The notes below the pieces were generated by a model. It was not told where the DNA came from and did not search any database. It saw nothing but the letters and a program-made list of their open reading frames with translations. A DNA stretch of 62,424 nt, counting the filler, from Vermamoeba vermiformis (Eukaryota): the NCBI GenBank assembly GCA_045837725.1. It is 6 parts of 6 records of this genome, joined end to end, with 100 filler letters (N's around TTAATTAATTAA, not from the genome) between each part and the next. Parts side by side here need not be neighbours in the genome. Positions count along the whole stretch, not along the records: positions 52,472 to 55,444 come from JBEWZL010000140.1; positions 55,545 to 59,206 come from JBEWZL010000141.1; positions 59,307 to 62,424 come from JBEWZL010000142.1; 3 more parts are not named here. One strand, given 5' to 3'. Positions 52,472 to 62,424 of the stretch are shown here, piece after piece. Position 1 is the first letter of the stretch. Every line of letters begins with the position of its first letter. The translations under genes and the position numbers were made by a program.

Positions 52472-52629
52472 GCAATACAATCCCCGTTCTTCAGAAATTT
52501 GGAATTAATAATTTTAATAAAATATAACGCTACGAGTAATGTGGCTTGCACCAATTTGGGGTGAGTGTGCGTTATGTCTCGTGACTGTTTACTTGATTTG
52601 GATCTATTTTTTTTAAATTATTTAACGAG

Positions 52630-54647
52630 ATGCAAAACCAACCAAGTAACAAGAGGGGCCCTAAGGAACGGCCTTTACATACCTTAGGAGACCAACAAAA
52701 AATGACCCGAGTTATTCAGGAATTAAAAAACAAAATTGACAGTTTGCGGATTGCCGCTGCCGTCGATGACGAATTTATGGCAAAAGCTCTGAGCAAATTG
52801 GTGCACCCAACCCTAACACTACTAAAGCAGGGGTGGGAGTCAGCTTGGGTCAAAACTCAAAAGTCACAAAGTAAAGAATTCACAGAAGAACGACTCGAAA
52901 AGGTTTGTTCAGCGGATGTCGTTACTTTTTACTAACTTGAACTTAGATTTTACTTGGTAAAATGTCATCCCTGGCATCAAACAATTGTTGGACAACTATT
53001 AGGGATATTGGAGAGGTTGCTGAGCTTCCAAGTGTCAAGACTCTAACTCGTGTAAAAGAAGAAATTAACGAAAAATTGAAAGACCAACTCAAGTTAACCA
53101 CTGACGCCAAGTTGGTATCATGTTCAATTGGAGTAGAAGAAGGAATCAAGTTTATTCTACGTCTACATTTAAGTGCATTTGGACAAAATTCTCTACCGGC
53201 AGATGTGACGTTCAAGTTTAGTTTTGATGGTAGACCTATTGAAGGAAGACATGAAGTAGTGATTGGATTGGTGCCAATTGATACTCAATTTCCTGAGCAA
53301 TCTGGTTATTCAAATTTTCCCATCGAGATCTTGCAAGGCACCGAAAAACAAGCAAAAGAAAACATTAAAAAAATAGCCAGTGCTCTAGTAAATATTGAAA
53401 AAAAAGGAATTAACTGGCTTAATGATGACTTGTTCAAATTTGATGGATCGTTTAATATTAAAATTGTGATCTGCAGCGACTTAGTAGCAATTTGGAGAGC
53501 CACCAATCTTAAATGGAAAAAAGGAGAAAGCTTTCAATTTTGTCCTAAATGCACTCGAACTTGCTTACAAATTGGTAACGTGAGCAAACCAGTTGCCGAT
53601 GAACTACGAGATCTTCTACCAGAACTTGATATACCGGCTAAAAACTACATATATTGTTCATTGCATGCAGGGATGCGAATAACAGAAAGAATTATTGAAG
53701 CTATTGTGACTCCTTTACCTGTTGGACAACGAAAAAAGTTCATAACCGAAGCACGAGTGCATGATGTCAAAGTTGAAATACTCAGCACAAAGAAAGTGAA
53801 AGTAGCAGTTCAAGGCAATACAGTGAAAGATTTTTTATATGACCCCACAGCTATAAACAAAAAGGATAGTACTCTGGTTTACGAGCGATTAATTGCTTTA
53901 CCGTTGGATGTAAATCCAGCAACTGAGGAGATAAAATTCTTGGTGGATTGGTACATGAAGTCAAATAGCAGCAAAGACGAAGAAGCAATAAAACGAAGAA
54001 GAGAAAATATTACGATGCTATTAAATAGTTGGGCAGCGGTTTATTTAATTATTGCTTACGACAAAGACCTTCCTGACACGTACATTATTGCATTGAAAGC
54101 AGCATTACAAAGCATGCAACAGCTATTTTTAAAATTATTTGTCGATTTTATGACGCCATACCTTCATCTGCTCTTTTGTCACACTGAAGAGATCGTAGAA
54201 ACACACAAGTCAATAGGAAAATTTTCTCAACAAGGGTTTGAGCAAGCAAACAGTTTGCATAGATCAGCAGAAATCCGTGCCTCAAATCATGGAGGTGGAA
54301 AGGGCAACAGATCCGTCAGCGAACAAGTAATGAATCATATCTGGGGACGATTATATTTGATCGAAAAATTGCAAGTATTTGAAGTCCTCAATAAGATACA
54401 TAATCGGGTTATTAAAAAGAAATCCAATGATGGCAGCGATGACGAAGAAATAGATGTAAACGAAGTTGAACTTGAAACTGCTCAGAGCGCAAGTAAAAAG
54501 AGAAAAAGAAGACCAAATAAACTTACCAAAGCAAAGAAGCGAAGAAGACTTGAGAACAAAGAGCAAGTAATTCAAGTATTCGAAGAGGAAAGATCTGATT
54601 ATGAGCCTGAAGACGTAGACGTGGGCAATGAGAAGACAAACGATTAG
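52630..54647 (+). CDS. RAG1/Transib-like DDE transposase, copy B, complete (exons 52630-52902, 52947-54647; 657 aa)
   Basis: NBD-like NKRGPKERPLHTLGDQQK; FSFDGR (Asp 53226); CSDL (Asp 53478); CPKC; CSLH; PYLHLLFCHTEEIVETHKSIGKFSQQGFEQANSLHR (Glu 54240); basic NLS-like tail. Confidence 0.88.
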
Positions 54648-54875
54648 TTATAATTATGGTATCATAGCTGTATTTATTTTAATTAATATTAAATAAATTT
54701 TCGGTATTGAATAATTAATTTAAACTAATCGTTGCAGTTAATTACTTCGTCTTGAGGTTCTTTTGAATTTTTGCGTTTGTTTTGGAGGCTTTAAATTCAG
54801 TGCTCTTGCTTCTGCGGCAGAAAGACCAAGCTTTTCATACTTTACAGCAGATGCGACGGGCTTTTGCTTGTAGTA

Positions 54876-55444
54876 TCAGTAGTTTCTTTTGATGGTCTGT
54901 CCATACTCTGTGAAAGAGTTGTGGTGTGAAGTAAACACTATTGAGTATCGTTCGCCGCTGTAGGGTAAATTCTCGTGTAGTAAGTCTCGGGATCTAAAAA
55001 ATATTACATCTCCAGGTTCAATACAAAATCGCAGATTGTGTTCACGAAATACCAAGTCACCTCCAGTAAATTTACCCATCGGTACGACACAACAAAGACC
55101 TTCCATTTCGTCCATGTCGTCGTAATGCGCAGTCGTGCCTCCGGAGTTGAATACTGCCATTAAGAAGCACTTTCCAAATAGTTTGAGGGGTGCTTTGATA
55201 GCAGAGTATTGCTGGTAAAGTTTACGATCCGTGTTATAGAATAATTTGTTGACTGTTTTGACGATCGATTTCATTGCACGAGTATTCCATATTGGGATCT
55301 GGCCATGAGCGATGTAATAAGCTAGTGCATTCATGTAGTCTTGACTAACTGTAATAAAGTCTCGGTAGTGCCGCCATTCTCCAATGTGAGGCCGTCTCTT
55401 CTTTATGGCACGTACGTTGTTAATTAACGACTTTGTTGCGTGCA
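54876..55444 (-). CDS. 2OG-Fe(II) dioxygenase, TET/JBP-like transposon-associated type (5' end lost in gap)
   Basis: Frame open from contig end: HIGEWRHY...TTAHYDDMD (HxD)...VVPMGKFTGGDLVF...PGDVIFFRSRDLLHEN (distal His)...GERYSIVF (RxS). Confidence 0.82.
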
Positions 55445-55544
55445 NNNNNNNNNNNNNNNNNNNNNNNNNNNNNNNNNNNNNNNNNNNNTTAATTAATTAA
55501 NNNNNNNNNNNNNNNNNNNNNNNNNNNNNNNNNNNNNNNNNNNN
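55445..55544. other. Artificial contig spacer
   Basis: N44-TTAATTAATTAA-N44. Confidence 0.99.
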
Positions 55545-55621
55545 GTGCTAGACGCCACAATTCATAGTCGTCATAAAAGGTCTGAAGTCAAAGATAGCGA
55601 AGGTGTAACAAGAGGCTCAGA

Positions 55622-57550
55622 ATGGTAGGAAATAGATCGAATCCGAAACTCGATTGTTCAGTCACTCGACGAACAATAATTAATTAATTGATATTTGTCT
55701 AATATTTTTTGTCATTAGGAGAATGCATTTTGGGGTTTCGATGTACTTCCGAAGGAGATTAAGCAACGAATATTTTCTTTTACGGATTTGGACTTGGCAA
55801 CCGTTCTTCGGTGAGTTAACCCGAATTAATAAATCCCAATTATCCTAAAAAGTATTAGAAATATTAATACAATTCAATTTAGTCTCCAATCAACGAGTTC
55901 AGAGTTCAAAAGATTGTGTTGGTTTTGGATGCGCAATTACGACACTTCATTCATGACGCAAAGTGAGCGTACAGCACAAATCGCATCTCACCTGATTAAC
56001 AGAGTAAATTCGAATATGATTCGACGAATGGATCTATCGCGTAAGTCAAATTTGATAAAAACTTAAGAATTTTGTTGACACCGTGACAGGATGCGAAAAA
56101 GCGGTCTCATTGGCGTGCAAGATTCTGAAAAAATTTCCAAATTTGCAACGGATTGAATTCGGTTTTCAAGGCGGCGGTGGTATTGAAGACAAAATAACTG
56201 AATTCGAGCAACACCCCGAACTTTGCGAAATTTCGTTGAGTTTGGATCATTGGTACTGGCCAAAGTCAAAAATAAGATTCAACATTAAATTAGATAAGTG
56301 CTTGGACTACCTAAGAGATGACGACATTGATCCGGCCAATCCAACAATCAATTATTCACTGGAAAAATCACCGTTCGTCCAACAAGAACCCATTTACTAT
56401 AATAGAGCTTATCACCGTGGCGGAATAATTGGCAAGAATATGATCGTGATTGGTGCGACTGATGGCACTTTGACATTTTTGACACTTGACGCTGTCAATA
56501 ACCGCCTCGTTCGCCGCTCAACCAATACTCAAGTACATAAGGATTGCATCAATGCCATATGGTGCGAAAAAGAAAATCCTTGGTCTCATGCACCTTTCAT
56601 CACGTACATTGCCTCAAACGTAAGTGAGCAGATCCGAGGGGAAGAATCGACTGCCCTCATGACTAAAGACCGTTTATTTAGGATAGAATAGTATCCAGCT
56701 GGTCTTGTGTCAATGACGAACCAGTGCTGAATCAAACAATCGTGTTCCCAGAGTCAATTTTGTTCGTGTGCGATCATGCAGACAAGTATGTTCTTGCAGC
56801 TGGTAAACGAATGCTTTACATCGCCGATACTAAAAAGAACATGATTGTAAAGCACGATGCCGTTGATGAGGATATTACAGGTAAGAGGTTGTTGAAAGTG
56901 TTTTGGGTTGATTGACAGTAAGGCACGATTCGACGTGCTAACACTGATTTTTGTTTTCTGCTCAGGCTTGCACGTTAACACGAAAACTGCTGTATTGAGT
57001 ACTCATACAACGATTTATGATATCCTACTTGAAAATATACCTAAAAGAGGTCGTCTGTTGCAAAAACATAGTGAGGCAAATGCGCCGAATCTCTGGATCC
57101 TGCGCGGTTCAAAGTACGCCACGTTATTACCTCGTGTCTTACATACTAATTACAGCGTTCAGACTTAGAATATCAGTACTGCAAAATAGAATAACATTGT
57201 TTGATCACGAAGCGAAAATAGAGTTGTTTTCTAACAAAAGCAACAACTGCACGTTCGACACCAGATCTCATTTGTTTAGGCACTCACCGAAAAACTTTTG
57301 GAATACAGTATCTACTGGTACTACTATCATTGCTTATGTAAGTATTCTGTTGACCATATCACTCGTTTATGAATTCGCGTAGGAGAACTCCAGGTTAATT
57401 CTCGCGACAATATCTCCCCGTATCTCCCGCCAACAGTTGAACGAGGGAAAGTTCCCAACGTGCAATGCGTTATGGTACTCTTTGTGCGGCAGTTATCTAT
57501 TCGGACTTTATTCGGACAACGGATTGTATTGGTGGCACATCACTGATTGA
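55622..57550 (+). CDS. F-box protein with degenerate WD40-like repeats, copy 1, multi-exon
   Basis: FDVLPKEIKQRIFSF...LQSTSSEFKRLCW F-box; IVIGATDGTLTF, VHKDCINAIW and final SDNGLYWWHITD*. Confidence 0.7.
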
Positions 57551-58177
57551 TCGTACAATACTCAAGCTCGTTCATATCATAAAGGATGCTTAAATACAAC
57601 GTGCTTAATACCCGATCGTTTTCTAGCTCAGTTCGGACAGATAGCAAAAAAAAAGGTCATCCGCATTTGCAGTTTGCAATATTTTGTGGACAAAGCACCA
57701 CAAATAAAGGTCTTACTTTCTCGTATGACAAATTTTTCTATTATCGAACCATTTGAACACCACGAAGCTCTATCCAAGTTCTTTATTGAAGATCTGATGT
57801 CCGACCAAACCGAACAGGAGTTGATTCACGAAAGAGTGCGCTTAGATATTACTAGGATTTGGCCAGAAACAAAAGAAGATTTAGAGTTTTATCAAGAATG
57901 CAAAAATGCGACCGGATTCACTGCCTCGGAGGTGTTAGCCCGCAGAAGTCGGAAGGAGACAGAAAGCGGCAAGCACACTACCGAAAGTGTAATTAATTAC
58001 TCAATCCACGTTAGATTTTGAATAAAACGTAATTTTTAAAAATCAGTTCAGATCAACAAAAACATTGTGGACGAGATTGCCAGAAAAAGATAAGAACAGG
58101 TAAATAGAACAGAAAATGCACAGCACCAAACTTTAAGAGTTCATATCGCACAACCGGTTGTAGTTGATCCACAGCGC

Positions 58178-59206
58178 ATGGTTAGAAAAAATTAATGTAA
58201 ATGCTTTGAACCAAAATTGATAACAAAATATTTAATTTAGGAACAGAACAATGTATTAATATCGTGGGGATTTGATGAACTTCCGAAGGAGATTAAGCAA
58301 TTAATATTTTCGTTTACGGATTTGGACTTGACAACCGTTCTTCGGTGAGTTAATACGCCAATGTTCTTAAAATATTATTACAAAATTAATGAAATTATTT
58401 TAGCCTCCAATCAGTGAGTTCAGAGTTCAAAAGATTGTGTTGGATTTGGTTGCGGGATTACGACACCTCTCAATTATGTAACAAAGAACGAACACCAGTA
58501 GTAGCAGCTTATTTTATTACGCGAGTCAGTCCAAACATGATCCGAAGACTCGATTTGTCACGTAAGTTCTTTTTGTGTGCAGATGCGTAAGACTGACCAA
58601 TATTAAACAGAATATGATAATCCACTCAGCTCAGCCATCAAATTATCAAAGAAATTTCCTAATTTGCAGCGTATTGAGTTCGGAGTTCATTGCATGCCGC
58701 ACCTGGAAGAACTTGAAGCACTCGAAGGCAAACATCCAGCACTTTGCGAAGTTTCCTTATCAAGCCTATATGAAATCAATTGGTCCAGTACAACCCTGCG
58801 GTGCGTTGTGACTGACCCTAGGTTCCCTTCGGGCTCATATACGGGAATCCCAGCAACTCTCAATGTCTTTACGCGTGAAAGGCCGTTCGTCCAACAAGAG
58901 CCCATTTACTATAATAGAGGTTACCATCGTGGCGGAACAATTGGCAAGAATATGATCGTGATTGGTGCGACTGATGGCACTTTGACATTTTTGACACTTG
59001 ACGCTGTCAATAACTGTCTTTTGCGCCACTCAACACATTATAGTGCTCACAAAGATTGCATCAATGCGATATGGTGCGAGCAAGCTGATCGGACCTACAT
59101 CACTTCAAGTGTACGTTAAAACTTAGGGATCCAGATCCAAATTTCTGATTCACAGACGTATTGATGAACTATTGAATTCTTACTGCTTACTATAGGACGG
59201 CACAGT
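58178..59206 (+). CDS. F-box/WD40-like protein, tandem copy 2 (3' end lost in gap)
   Basis: FDELPKEIKQLIFSF; same intron positions as copy 1; near-identical block 58883-59014 versus 56371-56502. Confidence 0.7.
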
Positions 59207-59306
59207 NNNNNNNNNNNNNNNNNNNNNNNNNNNNNNNNNNNNNNNNNNNNTTAATTAATTAANNNNNNNNNNNNNNNNNNNNNNNNNNNNNNNNNNNNNN
59301 NNNNNN
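59207..59306. other. Artificial contig spacer
   Basis: N44-TTAATTAATTAA-N44. Confidence 0.99.
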
Positions 59307-59987
59307 GACATGTTTATGATTAAGATAAACAACATCTAGTGTATCACACCACACATGTGCTGATGGATGGGATCAAACTTAATGCTGACATTGCTGTCAC
59401 TACTGAATCTTTGGATTCTTATATCTGCTTGTACATAGGATATTTCTAGGGTGGACGTCCTGTCCGCCAAAAATTTTTCATCCGGATCCGGGGTCGCGGC
59501 TCCCGTGATGTTAGTAATTGACCAACGCATACCAAACTTTGCCATTAGCACCAGCGGACCCAATAAGTACTACTATTGGCATCAGGAGGCTTTGGGCTGG
59601 CTGCTGGAGGCTGAAAATGTCATTGTTCTGCAAAGAACTTATGTACTAGAACTTTGTTCTATATGCTGCAAAACTATTTAAACTTTGGAAATACATAGAG
59701 ATATCACTATACAACAAGAAGATATGAGTAATCATCAAAGATATTGTAGTGACAGCAATTTGTAAATTTTCAGCATTAAGCATGAACCCATCCACCAGCA
59801 CATGTTTGGTACAACACAACTATAGGTATTTTATGCAACCCTGAACTTTGGCTACAATGCATTGTCACCTAGCTATGAAATTTTTTTTGAATCATCTATA
59901 CTTTTTTATGTTGTAACTTTGTCCAGTATAGTGGCGAACCTGGTTATAAGAAGGAATATGCTTAATCATATACATGGGCGGACGTCT

Positions 59988-60103
59988 CGTCCGGCAAAAA
60001 CCGCACGTCCGCCGAAAACCGCGCGTCCGCCGAAAACCGCGCGTCCGCCGAAAACCACGCGTCCGCCGAAAACCACACGTCCGCCAAAAACCGCACATCC
60101 GCC
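59988..60103 (+). repeat. Tandem array of six full 18-bp units plus a partial one (CGTCCGCCGAAAACCGCG consensus)
   Basis: Directly visible; unit core GTCCGCC(A/G)AAAA is the same motif as in the TIRs. Confidence 0.95.
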
Positions 60104-60156
60104 TCCAATAAATCACATATATAAATATTAAAATATATTACCACTGAGAATTAGCA

Positions 60157-62122
60157 ATGCCAAGTGGGGAAGCAAAGTAAGGGATATATAAATAATTATT
60201 AATAAAATAAATTTTGCATTAATAATCAAAATTATAATAGAATTTTTTATTAATTAAATTAAAATTAAATATTTTTTTAATTAGACCTAAAATTCGAACT
60301 CATCAAGCACGAACTTTCACAAAAAACCAATGGAAATCTCTAAATGAAAAAACAAAAATCATTAATGAACAAGCTCAAGTTACATTATACGAGTATTTTC
60401 TTAAAGTGTTAGACACACCAAACGAAACCACAAAGTTGAAGCCGGATGTACCGTAAGTATTCGAATTGTTACAAATTTTTGCTGAAATTTGCATTACAGG
60501 CTGAATATGGCTCCAGAGCACGCAATTAAATTATTTTTACACTGGCTTGTTCATCACCGTCCTTATCGTGGCTATGAAAGCTTTTATGGTGTGGCAAGAT
60601 CAAGCATGGGAGAATTCATTGACAGCATGATACAATTGGTAAGTAGACTTACTAATCAGGAATATGTCTAATACTTGTAGCTTAAAGACTTTCATGTTGA
60701 ACACATTGCATCATCTGCCGAAGAGAGAAAGGCAGCAGCTCAAAGTCTTTTGGTTGGTCACTTTGCTCACATAACAGCATTGATGGATGGAACTCATGTT
60801 GCTGCTATGATCCCTGCAGCAGTGATGGAAGAAGGTGTGTCTTACCACTCTTTTAAATTGAAGAAGAATGCTTACAACACCTTAATGGGAGTTACCTTTG
60901 ACAAGATAATCTTTTATGTGTCTGAATCCAAACCAGCTGGCACATTTAATGACCAAGCAATGTGGAATGAGTATGGCGCCAAGTACAGAGCTAAACTGGA
61001 GTGTAATGAGATAACCATTGCTGATGGGGCCTTCTCAAAACATCATTATGAAACAAAAACCTTTGGTAAGTTCTGCACAGAACTATTCATCTCTAATGTG
61101 TTTGCTTAGTGCCAATACGCAAGCCTAGAAATGGTAAACTCTCTACTATACAAAAGGCAACTAATCGTGCCCACAAACGAGTAAGAAGTCTGGTAGAAAG
61201 AGTCTTTGGCCACTTGAAACACATGTTCCGTATCCTTCGCTCCAACTACCGACATAACATCAAGCAATTCAACATAGTGCTTAAAACATGTGCAGCTCTC
61301 TACAATATCCACCTTCGTAATGTGGATAAAGCATTCAATGGTCAAGGCCATCCTCTGTTTGCTCATGATGGGTATCGTCATGTTCAACCTGCAGAGCAAC
61401 AAGAGGCAGTGCATCACTCAACTTTTGGTGGCTTCTTGGCAGCATGTGGAGTCATTCAACAAGCTGAGCAACCTCAAGTCCAACTTCCTGATATTGAAGA
61501 AGAAGTGGTCTTGGATAATGAAGTATCTGAACCTGATTACTCATCTGATGAGGATGAAGAGATTGACGCATGGGAAGCAGAAGCTGATGGATTATCTGAA
61601 GAAGAAGAGGCTAGTTATGAAGAAGAAGATTACCTTATGAGCGAAGAAGAAAAGAGCAGAAGTGAGAATTTGCGTAAAAGAACAACTGCGTTGATTGAAC
61701 GTGATGCAGCAGTGAAAGAAAAGTTCAAGGAGTATTTCGAATTGTACAACCAGCTCTTCAAGACTTCAAAGGCACATGACAGTTATGTGGCTCAGAAAAG
61801 ACGCAATGTGAACTTTGTAGTAGGCAAAATTGATGCAACTGAGAGATCTTTGATGAAGAAGATCATGGCGTTAAATGAAGAAATCCAAAAGTTGGATACA
61901 GGCTACTACTTTGGCTGTTTAGAAGAAGGAGATTTGGAAAGCATCAAACGCAACCTTGACAGAATGCAGGAGCAAATCCAAAACAATAACAACACCCCAA
62001 TTAACTCTGAAGAAGCTCCAGCCTCACAAAACTCAGAGGAGAGCGGCCCTACATCACAACCAACATCAAAGAAGCGAAAGAGAGCTACCCCAGAGGAAGA
62101 AACCCCCACCAAAAGACATTAG
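60157..62122 (+). CDS. PIF/Harbinger-type transposase with acidic and coiled-coil C-terminal extension, 5 exons
   Basis: HTH-like LFLHWLVHH..FYGVARS; MDGTHV, PAGTFND, IADGAF, RVRSLVERVFGHLKHMFRIL and CAALYN; introns about 60177-60284, 60452-60499, 60638-60680 and 61066-61109 keep the frame. Confidence 0.87.
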
Positions 62123-62424
62123 TTCTACACAGAACATCAACTTTTTTTCTTTGCTCCAGCTTCGTAAGCAGGACCTGCTAAGTATCTATCCATATTTTAA
62201 TCATATAATAAACATATATACAGAATTTTAACTAAATTGGTCAATTACTAAAGTCGGCGGACGGACTGTCCCCGGACGGACGCAACGTCCCCGGACGGAC
62301 GAAAAATTTTTGGCGGACGGGACGTCTGCCATGGCATATAGAAATCTTGTTACAGACATGCAACTTGGTTGGGGGGGATAACTTAGCCTGGACATCACAC
62401 CCTGGCTGGCTGTGTCATTCACAC

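Larger units (their letters stand above)
59449..62330 (+). mobile_element. PIF/Harbinger-type (DDE_Tnp_4) DNA transposon with imperfect GC-rich TIRs
   Basis: 59449-59525 (GGGTGGACGTCCTGTCCGCCAAAAATTTTTC...TTAGTAATTGACCAA) mirrors 62237-62330 and encloses the transposase; exact ends and TSD unresolved. Confidence 0.8.

Noticed and set aside
57674-58021. 115-aa ORF between the F-box genes
   Set aside because: No ATG at the listed start, no recognisable motif, and F-box copy 1 appears to end at 57550; may be a remnant but cannot be supported.
59201-59206. CACAGT at contig end as a transposon terminus
   Set aside because: It encodes D-G-T-V of the WD40-like exon (paralogue has D-R-I-V at this position).
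59988-60103. CRISPR array or RPPKT-repeat protein (ORF 59862-60131)
   Set aside because: Units are contiguous with no unique spacers and match the transposon TIR motif; ORFs on both strands are by-products of an 18-bp stop-free repeat.

Overview
Intron-rich eukaryotic genomic DNA, most likely an amoebozoan-type protist (short AT-rich GT-AG introns, HRDLAARN receptor kinases, SecG-like ArfGEF). The window is six contigs joined by artificial 100-nt spacers (N44-TTAATTAATTAA-N44) at 16407, 28607, 52372, 55445 and 59207, so adjacency across spacers means nothing. Host genes: SAAL1-like, RapGAP, an ankyrin-Sec7-PH ArfGEF with a C-terminal lipase domain and an intronic tRNA-Ala, a large Hsp70-like/vWA fusion, a PhoD phosphatase, a secreted nucleosidase-fold protein, five tandem receptor tyrosine-kinase-type genes, five F-box genes or fragments, and a disrupted 14-3-3/actin fusion. 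The mobile content is the most striking part. There are two divergent RAG1/Transib-like transposase genes. One is complete, keeps the RAG1 catalytic and Zn motifs with the same H-to-E spacing, and lies tail-to-tail with a TET/JBP-like 2OG-Fe(II) dioxygenase. The other is truncated by a gap and has a perfect RSS heptamer (CACAGTG) about 460 bp upstream. Also present are a long-TIR non-autonomous element and an intact intron-containing PIF/Harbinger-type transposon. All family calls come from motif recognition by eye; no database search was run, and exon boundaries were inferred manually.
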